From IMG/VR virus record IMGVR_UViG_3300017589_000286, positions 1 through 34,174 of that record: a stretch of 34,174 bases of DNA; one strand, 5' to 3'. Position 1 is the first letter of the stretch, and each line of letters begins with the position of its first letter. Positions 9,412 to 17,655 of this stretch are shown here, piece after piece. The stretch comes from a virus (taxonomy: Duplodnaviria; Caudoviricetes). A program made the position numbers and the translations under genes. A model generated the notes under the pieces. That model saw only the letters and a list, made by a program, of their open reading frames with translations. It made no database searches and was not told the DNA's origin.

Positions 9412-10149
9412 ATGTCTACAAATAAATTCGCTCTTGCAACAACCGTTTCTACCGATGATCATGATTTGATGCTCTCTGCCGAGGAAATGGCAGAGGAGAC
9501 CGATGGCCTTTCTATGGTATATCCCAGAGTCAAAATTCCCTCCGGTGGAATGACTCAGTTCGAGGTCCCGAATCCAGATGATCCCAGTAAACCTAATTAC
9601 TCTCCAGAGCTCAACGGTGTGATTGTTTTCCATCATCCAGCCAATGGTTATTGGCTCGAAGGTGATGTGAATCCTGTCTGCAGCTCAATCGATGGTAAGA
9701 GCGGTGTCGGTGATCCAGGTGGAAATTGCTCTACCTGTCCCTTGAATCAATTTGGCTCAGGTGAAGGTGGAGTTGGCAAAGCATGCAAAAACAGCCATGT
9801 ATTATATCTATTACAATCCGAATCCACGCTGCCAATTCGCTTAAATCTACCTCCAACGGCGATTAGACCTTTCAGTAATTTTGTTTCCTTGGCATTTTTA
9901 TCACAGGGCAAACGTACTTCTTCAGCTGTAATCAAAATCACCCTGGTAAAGCAGCAGAGCAAAAACAATCAATCGATTACTTACAGCGCGCCGGTGTTCA
10001 CGGTAGCAGAGAGATTCAGCCCTGAAACCGAAAGAGCGGTATTGTCGGTGGTCAAGAACATTAAAGCAACGATTCAGAGCAGCCAGAAAAACGTAACAGA
10101 ATATATTGCAGAAACGGTCCCGGCAGATGATGAGGATAGCCCGTTCTAA
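9412..10149 (+). CDS. Putative ssDNA-binding / replication accessory protein
   Basis: Acidic tail ending DDEDSPF (SSB-like); Cys cluster C..C..CP..C; SD GAAAGGA. Confidence 0.6.
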   Translation: MSTNKFALATTVSTDDHDLMLSAEEMAEETDGLSMVYPRVKIPSGGMTQFEVPNPDDPSKPNYSPELNGVIVFHHPANGYWLEGDVNPVCSSIDGKSGVGDPGGNCSTCPLNQFGSGEGGVGKACKNSHVLYLLQSESTLPIRLNLPPTAIRPFSNFVSLAFLSQGKRTSSAVIKITLVKQQSKNNQSITYSAPVFTVAERFSPETERAVLSVVKNIKATIQSSQKNVTEYIAETVPADDEDSPF

Positions 10150-10160
10150 GAAAAATCATT

Positions 10161-10191
10161 TGAGAGGGGTGTCACAGCCCCTCTCATTTTT
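10161..10191 (+). terminator. Intra-operon intrinsic terminator before primase
   Basis: TGAGAGGGG-8nt-CCCCTCTCA-TTTTT. Confidence 0.75.
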
Positions 10192-10210
10192 AAAGAAAGG
10201 AAGTGGATAG

Positions 10211-13027
10211 ATGGCTCTATCAAAAAACGGCAGAGCAGCATTGATCTATGCGAATGAATTTCGACTTGCCGTAATTCCACTTCATTCCATGATGGACGGG
10301 GTATGCAGCTGTAAGAATCCAAACTGTCACTCACCCGGAAAACATCCTCGAACCGAAAATGGATTACATGAAGCCAGTTTAGATGAACAACAAATCACTA
10401 AGTGGTGGCACACTTGGCCAAACGCAAATATTGGAGTGGCCACTGGATCAGTTAGCGGAATCTTCGTCATTGATATCGATGGAGAGGATGGCGAAGATAC
10501 TTTTTCGCTTTTAGAAGATGAACTTGGCAGCTTGCCTGAAACGTGGATTTCTCTAACCGGTGGTGGTGGCCGTCACATCGTATTCAAACACCCGGGCAAT
10601 GTTCAGATCAAGAACCGTGTTAATCTCGCTCCTGCAGTCGATATTCGCGGTGACGGTGGCTATATAGTCGTTCCTCCAAGCAATCATAGTTCCGGGAAAG
10701 ATTATGCCTGGGAGATCTCTTCACACCCCAGGGATATATCCCTTTCAGAGTGTCCGGAGAGCTGGATGCGAATGATTCTGAGTGGTCCCGGAATCACAAA
10801 TACCCCAGTAGAATTGCCCGATGTGTTTCCGCAAGGATCACGCAATGCTTTGATGTTCTCGCTTGCATGCAGTCTAAGAGCACGTGGATTGTCTGAGACA
10901 GCGATTCTTGCAGCATTGGTATCAGAGAATCAACTACGCTGTAAACCACCTCTGGACGACCGAGAGATAAGAAACATTGCAGGATCAGCAGGGAAATATG
11001 ACCAGGGTGAAGTTGTCCCAATGGAACTTCCCACCGATAAAGATGGTTTATTCCAGTCAATCAAGCTGAAAGCAGCGAGTTATATTCCGGGAACATCGGT
11101 TCCAGATGATCTCATGGAAGCCATGGCTGAGATGCAGTTGATGTCACCAGTGGACTATAAAATACTTCTTACAAATGAAATCAAACCTCGCACCGGGATG
11201 AGTGTTTCAGCGGTGGAGCAGGATACAAAGCAACGACTCAAAAAGCGCGATAAAGCCCCAAGGCTTACAGCGGTGCAAGAATCAGATGAACCGTATGCTC
11301 ATAATTTGATAAAGAGTTTTCCGTTCCCGGATTATAATATTCGGATTCCGAATGGTTTTCTCTGGGATCAACGGGGGATATTCCTTCGCAAAGATGATCT
11401 TGTTAGAATCCCGGTATCCGGAACTCCAGCAGTGATCACGAGGATTCTGAAAAACATCGATTCAGAAGAACAGAAGGTTGAGCTCGTTTTTAGATCCTCC
11501 GGGAAGAGGGGATTCTGGCACAGTATGATCGTGCCCAGGTCAACAGTTTTCACTACGAAGAATATCGTCAGTCTTACTGATCGTGGATTATCAGTAACAA
11601 GCGAGACAGCAAAAATGCTGGTTAGCTTCCTTGACAAACAACTTCAGGATAATCCGGAAATACCTCAAACAGAAACGATCTCACGCTTTGGCTGGGTGAC
11701 CGATGATTTCAAAGCGTTTGTTCCTTATGCCAGCGATGCTTTCGAAGAAGACTTTTCCGATGTCGGCGGTGATCATCTTATGAAAGGTTATCGAATCAAA
11801 GGATCCTTAGAATCATGGGTTCTGAGAGTTGGCAACGTATGTAAAAGTTACCCCATGGTTCGTGCTCAGCTAGCAGCTGGATTCGCTTCTCCCTTGATGG
11901 CACTGATAAATCAGCGAGTGTTCTTGGTCCATGTTTGGGGGCCGAGTGGTGGTGGGAAGACAGCCGGGGGATTCGCTGCTATGAGCATTTGGGGAGATCC
12001 TGAAAGCTTGAAGGTTTCATTCAATGCAACGAGGGTAGGCCTAGAGCAAACTGCAGCACTGTATACGGATTTGCCTATGCTCATCGATGAACGGCAAGCT
12101 GCAGCTGGTGGGAAGTCTGGATCCGATTATGTGAAGACATTGGTCTATATGCTGGGCTTAGGTAAAACGAAAGCCCGGGGTATTCGTGGCGGTGGCCTTC
12201 AGAAAGCAAAGACCTGGCGCACGGTGGCGATCACAACTGGTGAGCATCCAATCACCGATGTTAACATTGAAGAGGGTGTCAAAAACCGGATGCTAGAGCT
12301 CTATGGTAAACCGTTTCAGGATGATCAGTCAGTGGCTGCAGGGCTCTATAATGCAACAGCCGATTGCCATGGCTCAGCTGGGCAGAGATTCATTCAAGGC
12401 CTTATTGCTCTGATTACTAAGACTCCTGATTATTGTATCAGTCTCCATGATCGCTTTGTCAAAGAATTGGCGGTAGTCGAAGAACGAGGAATCTCACACA
12501 TGACGATGACGGCTACCTTGTGCCTTGCTGATATGCTCTCTGGGTTGCTGATCTATGGGCTCCCGGAGGAGATCGCGTTTCAAGACTCTTTGGAGTTTGG
12601 TATGGTGTTGCTGGAAGACTATGTACAGTCAAAAAGCGGTGACGGTATTATGGGTGGCACAGACTCAGAGCGAGCATTGGAATACTTGGCCAGTGTGACA
12701 CAGACGAATCAAGCGTTCTTTGGTATTGAGGGGCATAACGGTATCACTTGGGGCTTTGGTCTTGGAAACGATTCTGAGTATCTCAATATTTACCCTACTG
12801 CATTTAACAAGATCATGAAGGAAGGCGAATTCAATCCTCAACGCATCTTGAGAGACTGGGCTGAGGAAGGGATCATTAAGGTGCAAAGGATGAAGAACAA
12901 AGTTCAATATTCTTATCCAGTTAGGCCGCCGGGCGGAGATCGGAATGAGCGAATTAGAGTAATTTTGATTTCAAAGTCCGTTTTATTTCCGAAAAGCGAA
13001 GCAACTAACGATGGAACACCTTTTTAG
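10211..13027 (+). CDS. Bifunctional primase/polymerase (Prim-Pol) + PriCT + DUF927 helicase fusion
   Basis: PGKHP, NIGVATG..VIDID, GGRH and DIRGDGGYIVVPPS (Prim-Pol); GSRNALMF..PPLDDREI (PriCT); GPSGGGKT Walker A and LIDE (DUF927-like). Confidence 0.92.
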   Translation: MALSKNGRAALIYANEFRLAVIPLHSMMDGVCSCKNPNCHSPGKHPRTENGLHEASLDEQQITKWWHTWPNANIGVATGSVSGIFVIDIDGEDGEDTFSLLEDELGSLPETWISLTGGGGRHIVFKHPGNVQIKNRVNLAPAVDIRGDGGYIVVPPSNHSSGKDYAWEISSHPRDISLSECPESWMRMILSGPGITNTPVELPDVFPQGSRNALMFSLACSLRARGLSETAILAALVSENQLRCKPPLDDREIRNIAGSAGKYDQGEVVPMELPTDKDGLFQSIKLKAASYIPGTSVPDDLMEAMAEMQLMSPVDYKILLTNEIKPRTGMSVSAVEQDTKQRLKKRDKAPRLTAVQESDEPYAHNLIKSFPFPDYNIRIPNGFLWDQRGIFLRKDDLVRIPVSGTPAVITRILKNIDSEEQKVELVFRSSGKRGFWHSMIVPRSTVFTTKNIVSLTDRGLSVTSETAKMLVSFLDKQLQDNPEIPQTETISRFGWVTDDFKAFVPYASDAFEEDFSDVGGDHLMKGYRIKGSLESWVLRVGNVCKSYPMVRAQLAAGFASPLMALINQRVFLVHVWGPSGGGKTAGGFAAMSIWGDPESLKVSFNATRVGLEQTAALYTDLPMLIDERQAAAGGKSGSDYVKTLVYMLGLGKTKARGIRGGGLQKAKTWRTVAITTGEHPITDVNIEEGVKNRMLELYGKPFQDDQSVAAGLYNATADCHGSAGQRFIQGLIALITKTPDYCISLHDRFVKELAVVEERGISHMTMTATLCLADMLSGLLIYGLPEEIAFQDSLEFGMVLLEDYVQSKSGDGIMGGTDSERALEYLASVTQTNQAFFGIEGHNGITWGFGLGNDSEYLNIYPTAFNKIMKEGEFNPQRILRDWAEEGIIKVQRMKNKVQYSYPVRPPGGDRNERIRVILISKSVLFPKSEATNDGTPF

Positions 13028-13371
13028 GAGTACCACAGGAGTACCACAGGAGTACCACAAAACCTTGGTTTTTTCAATGTATTTAATAGTAATAAGTAGA
13101 ATTAAACAGTATATACGTTGTGGTACTCGTGGTACTCCAGGTACTCCATATTTCATATGCTACATGTAATCCGTAAATTGGATATATATCAAATCGGCTT
13201 AAAATAGTTTAATGGTATATTTTTAGCAGTACAACAAGTACCACAAGTACCACATCTGAAAAGCATGCAAAAATCCGCGAAAAGTCCCATTATTTGTGCA
13301 AAAACGGTCACTATTTATACGAAAACCACATAAAAGTGAGGTGTACCACATTTGGAATTAGAAGTACCACA
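13026..13371. repeat. Iteron cluster, probable replication origin
   Basis: AGGAGTACCAC x3 (13026-13058); AT-rich spacer; inverted GTGGTACTC copies (13120-13147); AGTACMACA x3 (13228-13254); GTACCACA at 13343 and 13364. Confidence 0.85.
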
Positions 13372-13792
13372 GTTTCAACTACAAAGAGATATTCTTACAG
13401 AACTTCAAACGTTAGCTGAACAAAGAAACATCCTTGATGAACGGATCGAGAAGGCCGATTCAATGCATCCGGCAATCAAGAAGAAATATATTAACACCTA
13501 TAACAAGCTCACGGCTGATCGTGAACCTTTGGATATCAAAATCTTTGATCTCCAACAACAATTCACTCGCTGGGTCTTGGATGATGCTCCGACTCTGAAA
13601 ATAGTCAACGAGTCAATATATAACATGATCCGAGGGATGATCTGTAATCTCCCAGCACCAGCCAATGAAGAGCAGAAGAAACGAGCGAAGGCTGCTACAG
13701 TGATCTTCTATGAAGCTGCCGTTTTGAATGCATTCGACATTGTTGAGAACACCTGCAAACTGTTCAAGGAGGTTTATAAACATGGCGTATAA
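13352..13792 (+). CDS. Hypothetical helical protein
   Basis: TTG start after GAGGTG; overlaps start of VRR-NUC gene. Confidence 0.7.
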   Translation: MELEVPQFQLQRDILTELQTLAEQRNILDERIEKADSMHPAIKKKYINTYNKLTADREPLDIKIFDLQQQFTRWVLDDAPTLKIVNESIYNMIRGMICNLPAPANEEQKKRAKAATVIFYEAAVLNAFDIVENTCKLFKEVYKHGV

Positions 13793-14114
13793 ATCACCCT
13801 TCTCAAAAGCACCATTGGAGAAAGAGATCCAGCCACAAGTGAAAGCCGAGATCAAGAAGAACTTCCCAAACGCCTACTTGTGGAAAAATCACAATCAAGG
13901 AATCTATGCTGCCTCGGGCCTCCCTGATCTGATGTTCGTAGATAACGGTCAGCTTTATGCCATTGAGGTTAAAAGACCAGGTGAGAAACCTACACCGCTG
14001 CAGGAAGCTACTTTGAAAAGCTTATCGGATTCCGGGGCAAAGGTGACCTGGGTAGTCAGCAGAGAAGAAGCGAAAGCTTGGCTGATGGGATGGGTAGGAG
14101 GGACAAAGCCATGA
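13782..14114 (+). CDS. VRR-NUC domain nuclease (resolvase-like)
   Basis: LEKEIQ..GLPDL..IEVKRPG..TPLQ PD-(D/E)xK pattern; SD AAGGAGG before ATG 13782. Confidence 0.9.
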   Translation: MAYKSPFSKAPLEKEIQPQVKAEIKKNFPNAYLWKNHNQGIYAASGLPDLMFVDNGQLYAIEVKRPGEKPTPLQEATLKSLSDSGAKVTWVVSREEAKAWLMGWVGGTKP

Positions 14115-14467
14115 ACGATCACGAAGAGCGAATCCCCTATAATGTTTTAGAGGAGATATTTTCCGAATCAAAAGTAGAACCTAACATGGTAACCTTGCAT
14201 GATTCTTACAAAGAGTCAAGATTAACCCTAGAAAAAGCCAATAAAGCGTATCTCGATGCCCGTGCTCAGTTAGATCGAGCAAGGTTGACTCTAGTTAAAG
14301 CATTAAAGCCGGGAGATGCGATTGATATTCTCTACGAAAATGATCCGGTAGAATTCGTTGGGTATGATCCAGCCGTGGGGATTATCTATAACGCTTATGG
14401 CGTTGAGAAAGAACGAGCTATCAATTGGTTCCAAGGCTTACCGGGAACAAATGAACTAAGTAAGTGA
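14111..14467 (+). CDS. Hypothetical phage protein
   Basis: ATGA overlap; SD AGGAGG. Confidence 0.75.
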   Translation: MNDHEERIPYNVLEEIFSESKVEPNMVTLHDSYKESRLTLEKANKAYLDARAQLDRARLTLVKALKPGDAIDILYENDPVEFVGYDPAVGIIYNAYGVEKERAINWFQGLPGTNELSK

Positions 14468-14476
14468 GGTGATAGG

Positions 14477-14914
14477 ATGGATTGGAGATCTGTGGCTATA
14501 AACGACTTAAGAAATTATCTTTGCAAAAAGAACGGGTTAGCAAATGTTGATGAGCAGATAAAAGAACTCGAAGAATCCTTTCTCTCCCCCAAGTCTGCTC
14601 ACATTGGTGATTTCAGTGGCGATGGTGGCGAGAAGCATCCGGATGATCGTATGGTCAACAACATGGTGAAGAGGGCGAAGCTAGCAGCTTCGAAGAAAGA
14701 TGTTTCAAGCAATATTTGTGCAATTGAGAAAGCCCTGGGTGAATTATCAGATGAGCAGAAAAAGGTGCTGTGGTATTTTTACATCGACAGGAAAGATCAT
14801 TATGTTGAGCTGCTTTGCGGATTATTGAATGTGGAGAGGGCAACGGTTTATAGGATCAAGGAAGCAGCACTCACAAGGTTTACTTATGCTTGTTATGGAA
14901 GAGTGGATTTGTAG
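14477..14914 (+). CDS. ArpU/RinA-like late transcriptional activator (sigma-4-like HTH)
   Basis: IEKALGELSDEQKKVL.YFY..LNVERATVYRIKEAAL; last early gene before packaging. Confidence 0.85.
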   Translation: MDWRSVAINDLRNYLCKKNGLANVDEQIKELEESFLSPKSAHIGDFSGDGGEKHPDDRMVNNMVKRAKLAASKKDVSSNICAIEKALGELSDEQKKVLWYFYIDRKDHYVELLCGLLNVERATVYRIKEAALTRFTYACYGRVDL

Positions 14915-14928
14915 GTTAAAAATGGTTA

Positions 14929-14984
14929 AACCCCTTCCTTACTTGCCTCGAAAATGGTATAATTAGGCAATAAAGGAGGGGGTT
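14929..14984 (+). promoter_or_regulatory. Moron promoter (TGnTATAAT) inside a 20-bp imperfect inverted repeat containing the SD
   Basis: TGGTATAAT 14955-14963; arms 14929-14948 and 14965-14984 match at 17/20. Confidence 0.7.
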
Positions 14985-14987
14985 AAA

Positions 14988-15779
14988 GTGGAAAAAGAAC
15001 TACCAGATTTTCTTTATCACTATACATCTATTGAAAGCCTAGCGTTGATTTTGAAAAATAGAACAATTCTGTTTAACAACTTAAAAGATTTAGACGATTT
15101 AGAAGAAGGGTTCGCTCCGGATCACGAAAATATTGGAAAGTACTTTTTTGTAAGTTGCTGGACGTATTCTGATGAAGATAATATATCAATGTGGCACATG
15201 TATTCCGAAAAAATGCATGGAGTTAGATTAAGAATGCCAGTAAATCAATTTGATGATAAACCCCGGATACATGATGAGTTTAATGAATATTATAAATACT
15301 CGCCACATGATGTTATAGATACAGAAAAATTTTTTATGATGCTATTTTCTAATTATACCGAACCTGCAACAAGAACCTTCTATACTGACAATGAAGATAA
15401 GCTTAGAACGAATTTTTTTGTTCAAGATGAAAAAGGAGATATTATCCACACTAGTGGTAAAGGAGTATATAAGAGAAAATGCTGGGAGTTTCAGAAAGAA
15501 GTTAGGTATCATATTATGGTTAGACCGAAAGAAACTTACCAAGATTTTTTAACAAAAAGTGCAAAAGAAAACTGGAAAGACTCCTATTATCGAGAAGATG
15601 CAGTCAACTTCAGAAAATTGTTTCTAAAGATTAAAGATGATGCGTTTGAACAAATGGAAGTTATGTTGGGTCCGGGTGTTTCACCAGGTCAAAAAATCAT
15701 TATTCAAAGCTTAATCGATAAGTATAATCCAAAAGCAACAATCACGGAAAGTCAGCTAACCGGTAAGATCAGAGTCTAA
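14988..15779 (+). CDS. DUF2971-like moron protein (putative defence factor)
   Basis: LYHYTS, LDDLEEG, FVSCWT..ISMWHMYS..GV and KRKCWEFQKEVR motifs; AT-rich; GTG start after GGAGG. Confidence 0.8.
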   Translation: MEKELPDFLYHYTSIESLALILKNRTILFNNLKDLDDLEEGFAPDHENIGKYFFVSCWTYSDEDNISMWHMYSEKMHGVRLRMPVNQFDDKPRIHDEFNEYYKYSPHDVIDTEKFFMMLFSNYTEPATRTFYTDNEDKLRTNFFVQDEKGDIIHTSGKGVYKRKCWEFQKEVRYHIMVRPKETYQDFLTKSAKENWKDSYYREDAVNFRKLFLKIKDDAFEQMEVMLGPGVSPGQKIIIQSLIDKYNPKATITESQLTGKIRV

Positions 15780-15783
15780 AAGA

Positions 15784-15827
15784 TGAGATTTTTCTGAGAC
15801 AAATAAGCAGAAAGTCTATGGTATAGT
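15784..15827 (+). promoter_or_regulatory. Probable activator-dependent late promoter
   Basis: Direct repeat TGAGA at 15784 and 15795 (11-bp spacing) in place of a -35; extended -10 TGgTATAGT 15819-15827. Confidence 0.55.
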
Positions 15828-15847
15828 ATAAACTAGAGATAGTATTC

Positions 15848-15872
15848 AAGAGCATCGTAATTCGGTGCTCTT
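15848..15872 (+). repeat. Hairpin copy 1 (AAGAGCATCG-loop-CGGTGCTCTT)
   Basis: Stem arms identical to those at 16765-16790. Confidence 0.85.
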
Positions 15873-15909
15873 CATTATTCTATTTTTGCCAAAGTATAAC
15901 TGCAAATAT

Positions 15910-15937
15910 TTGACAAATGCAAATTCAGTGATACTAT
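15910..15937 (+). promoter_or_regulatory. Sigma-A promoter of the DUF5678-protease cassette
   Basis: TTGACA 15910-15915, 16 bp, TGa-TACTAT 15932-15937; TGCAAAT repeated at 15901 and 15918. Confidence 0.65.
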
Positions 15938-15978
15938 ATAGATACATGGTGATTGCATCATAAATAGGAGTGATTAAT

Positions 15979-16218
15979 ATGCAGGATACCGATTTTAAGT
16001 GGTTTCTAGAGAATTATCAAGCATTATTTCAAAAGTACGGATCTACTAATTTAGTTATTAAAAACAAAACAGTTCTTGGGACATATCCAACGTATGCTGC
16101 TGGCGTGAGAACAACAAGTAAAACCGAAGAGCTGGGAACTTTTATTGTACAAGAATGCAATGGTGATGAATCTGCTTATACGAATTATATATCATCTATG
16201 AATTTTCTTAATAAATAG
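15979..16218 (+). CDS. DUF5678-like small protein
   Basis: DFKWFLENYQALFQKY..LVIKNKTVLGTY..GTFIVQ pattern; SD AGGAG. Confidence 0.7.
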   Translation: MQDTDFKWFLENYQALFQKYGSTNLVIKNKTVLGTYPTYAAGVRTTSKTEELGTFIVQECNGDESAYTNYISSMNFLNK

Positions 16219-16249
16219 TCCAGTGAATAATTAAGATGGGATTGATGTA

Positions 16250-16747
16250 ATGCCAAATTCTAAACCAGCTTTTCATGCTTTTACTTTAAAACATACAGGT
16301 TTATGTAAACAGCTTATTACTGAAATTTCAGTAGAATACGAAGGAATAAAATTTTCCGGCAGAGCTTTATGGGATACTGGTGCTACTGGATCATGTATCT
16401 CGTCAAACGTTGTAAAACAACTATCTCTTGTTAGTACAGGGAAAAGTAATATGGCAACTGCTGCAGGAAGTAAAGTAGTCGATTGTTATCTGCTAAATTT
16501 TGATTTGCCAAATCATGTTAGAATTAACGATGTGAAAGTATCAGAACCTGATCTAGCTAATCAGGGAATTGATTTTCTTATAGGCATGGATATCATATTA
16601 CTAGGGGATTTCATAATAAGCAATTATGGTGGGAAAACTGTATTTTCATTTCGTTTTCCTTCAAAGCAATGTGTTGACTATGTAATGCAAATAAATGTTG
16701 AGAAGAAGATAGGGCAAAAGCACGGTAATGGTAAGCGCGGAAAATAA
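16250..16747 (+). CDS. Retropepsin-like (clan AA) aspartic protease
   Basis: ALWDTGATGSCIS catalytic motif and FLIGMDII closing motif. Confidence 0.9.
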   Translation: MPNSKPAFHAFTLKHTGLCKQLITEISVEYEGIKFSGRALWDTGATGSCISSNVVKQLSLVSTGKSNMATAAGSKVVDCYLLNFDLPNHVRINDVKVSEPDLANQGIDFLIGMDIILLGDFIISNYGGKTVFSFRFPSKQCVDYVMQINVEKKIGQKHGNGKRGK

Positions 16748-16764
16748 TTTAAAAAAATTTATCA

Positions 16765-16793
16765 AAGAGCATCGAGCAATCGGTGCTCTTTTT
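16765..16793 (+). terminator. Intrinsic terminator, hairpin copy 2
   Basis: AAGAGCATCG-AGCAAT-CGGTGCTCTT-TTT. Confidence 0.8.
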
Positions 16794-16898
16794 GTATGCG
16801 CTGAGACCGCTTCCTCCTTGTGGTCTTGGCGCATACGGTCATGTGGGAAATGTACGTGTTGTCTATTTAGAGCGTTGGGGTGGGAGCGTTGACACGTA
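16794..16898 (+). ncRNA. Candidate structured RNA in the late leader with anti-SD loop
   Basis: 17-bp stem 16794-16810/16820-16836 with three G-U pairs; loop TTCCTCCTT; second stem TACGTGTT/GACACGTA (16853-16898). Confidence 0.55.
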
Positions 16899-16914
16899 AA
16901 CTTGGGAGAATGAG

Positions 16915-17223
16915 ATGAGCTGGCATACGGATCCGTTTTATCTTAAAAGGCAATGGAAGCGACTTAGAATCAGTATTCTAAAGAAAGATCGTTATGAGTG
17001 CCAAGAATGCAAGAAGCGAGGACGGTATTCGAGAGCATCTATTGTCCATCATGTGAAGCACCGGGATGAATACCCAGAACTTGAGATGGAAGAGTATTAC
17101 ATTGATGAACAAGGCATTATGCAACGTAACCTGATCAGTGTGTGTAAAGAATGTCACGAGAATATTTGTCATCCAGAGCGAATGCGTGAGTTGAAAGTTG
17201 TGAATGTGCCCGAAAGATGGTAG
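16915..17223 (+). CDS. Packaging-associated HNH endonuclease
   Basis: DRYECQEC..VHHVK..NLISVCKECHENIC.H; directly upstream of terS. Confidence 0.92.
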   Translation: MSWHTDPFYLKRQWKRLRISILKKDRYECQECKKRGRYSRASIVHHVKHRDEYPELEMEEYYIDEQGIMQRNLISVCKECHENICHPERMRELKVVNVPERW

Positions 17224-17304
17224 TCCCCCGGTCAGAAAAAACGGTGAATTAATTCATAACCCGTCTACTCGTAAGGGTCTAAGACAACGGAGAGACTCGC
17301 GCGC
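17224..17304. other. Probable cos region
   Basis: Intergenic HNH-terS segment starting TCCCCCGGTC, the usual position of cos in HNH/HK97-type phages; cut site not determinable. Confidence 0.5.
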
Positions 17305-17334
17305 ATGAGAAAAAAACCTGAAGGAGGTGTGCAA

Positions 17335-17655
17335 GTGGTCAAGATAACCCGAACTAAACTACGAAAATCCCTGATTGAGCAGCTGTGCGGAAAAAGAAAA
17401 CCACCTGCTCACTACTCTGATTTGATTGAAGATTACCTCAATTTGTGGGAAACCAAAGAGCTGCTTCAAACAGATATTCGTGATCGTGGTATTTCTTATG
17501 AGACCTTATCAGCTTCCGGGGTGCCGATCACGAAGCAAAATCCATCGACAAAAGAAATCGTAAATGTCAATCGTCAAATGCTAACAATCCTGAAAGAACT
17601 GGGGCTCACTACGGCTAACTTGCGGAGCCATAAAGACGATGACGACGAGTTATAG
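17335..17655 (+). CDS. terS: Terminase small subunit (P27-like)
   Basis: DLIEDY..L..DIRDRG..KQNPS..NRQML.ILKELGL; GTG after GGAGGT. Confidence 0.9.
   Translation: MVKITRTKLRKSLIEQLCGKRKPPAHYSDLIEDYLNLWETKELLQTDIRDRGISYETLSASGVPITKQNPSTKEIVNVNRQMLTILKELGLTTANLRSHKDDDDEL

Noticed and set aside
13026-13058. Tandem 11-bp repeats as a CRISPR array
   Set aside because: No spacers, repeats too short, no cas genes; the pattern fits origin iterons
16794-16914. tRNA gene in the late leader
   Set aside because: No cloverleaf, T-loop GTTCRA or CCA end
16915-17223. HNH as a homing endonuclease or intron marker
   Set aside because: Size and position before terS match the packaging HNH; neighbouring genes are uninterrupted
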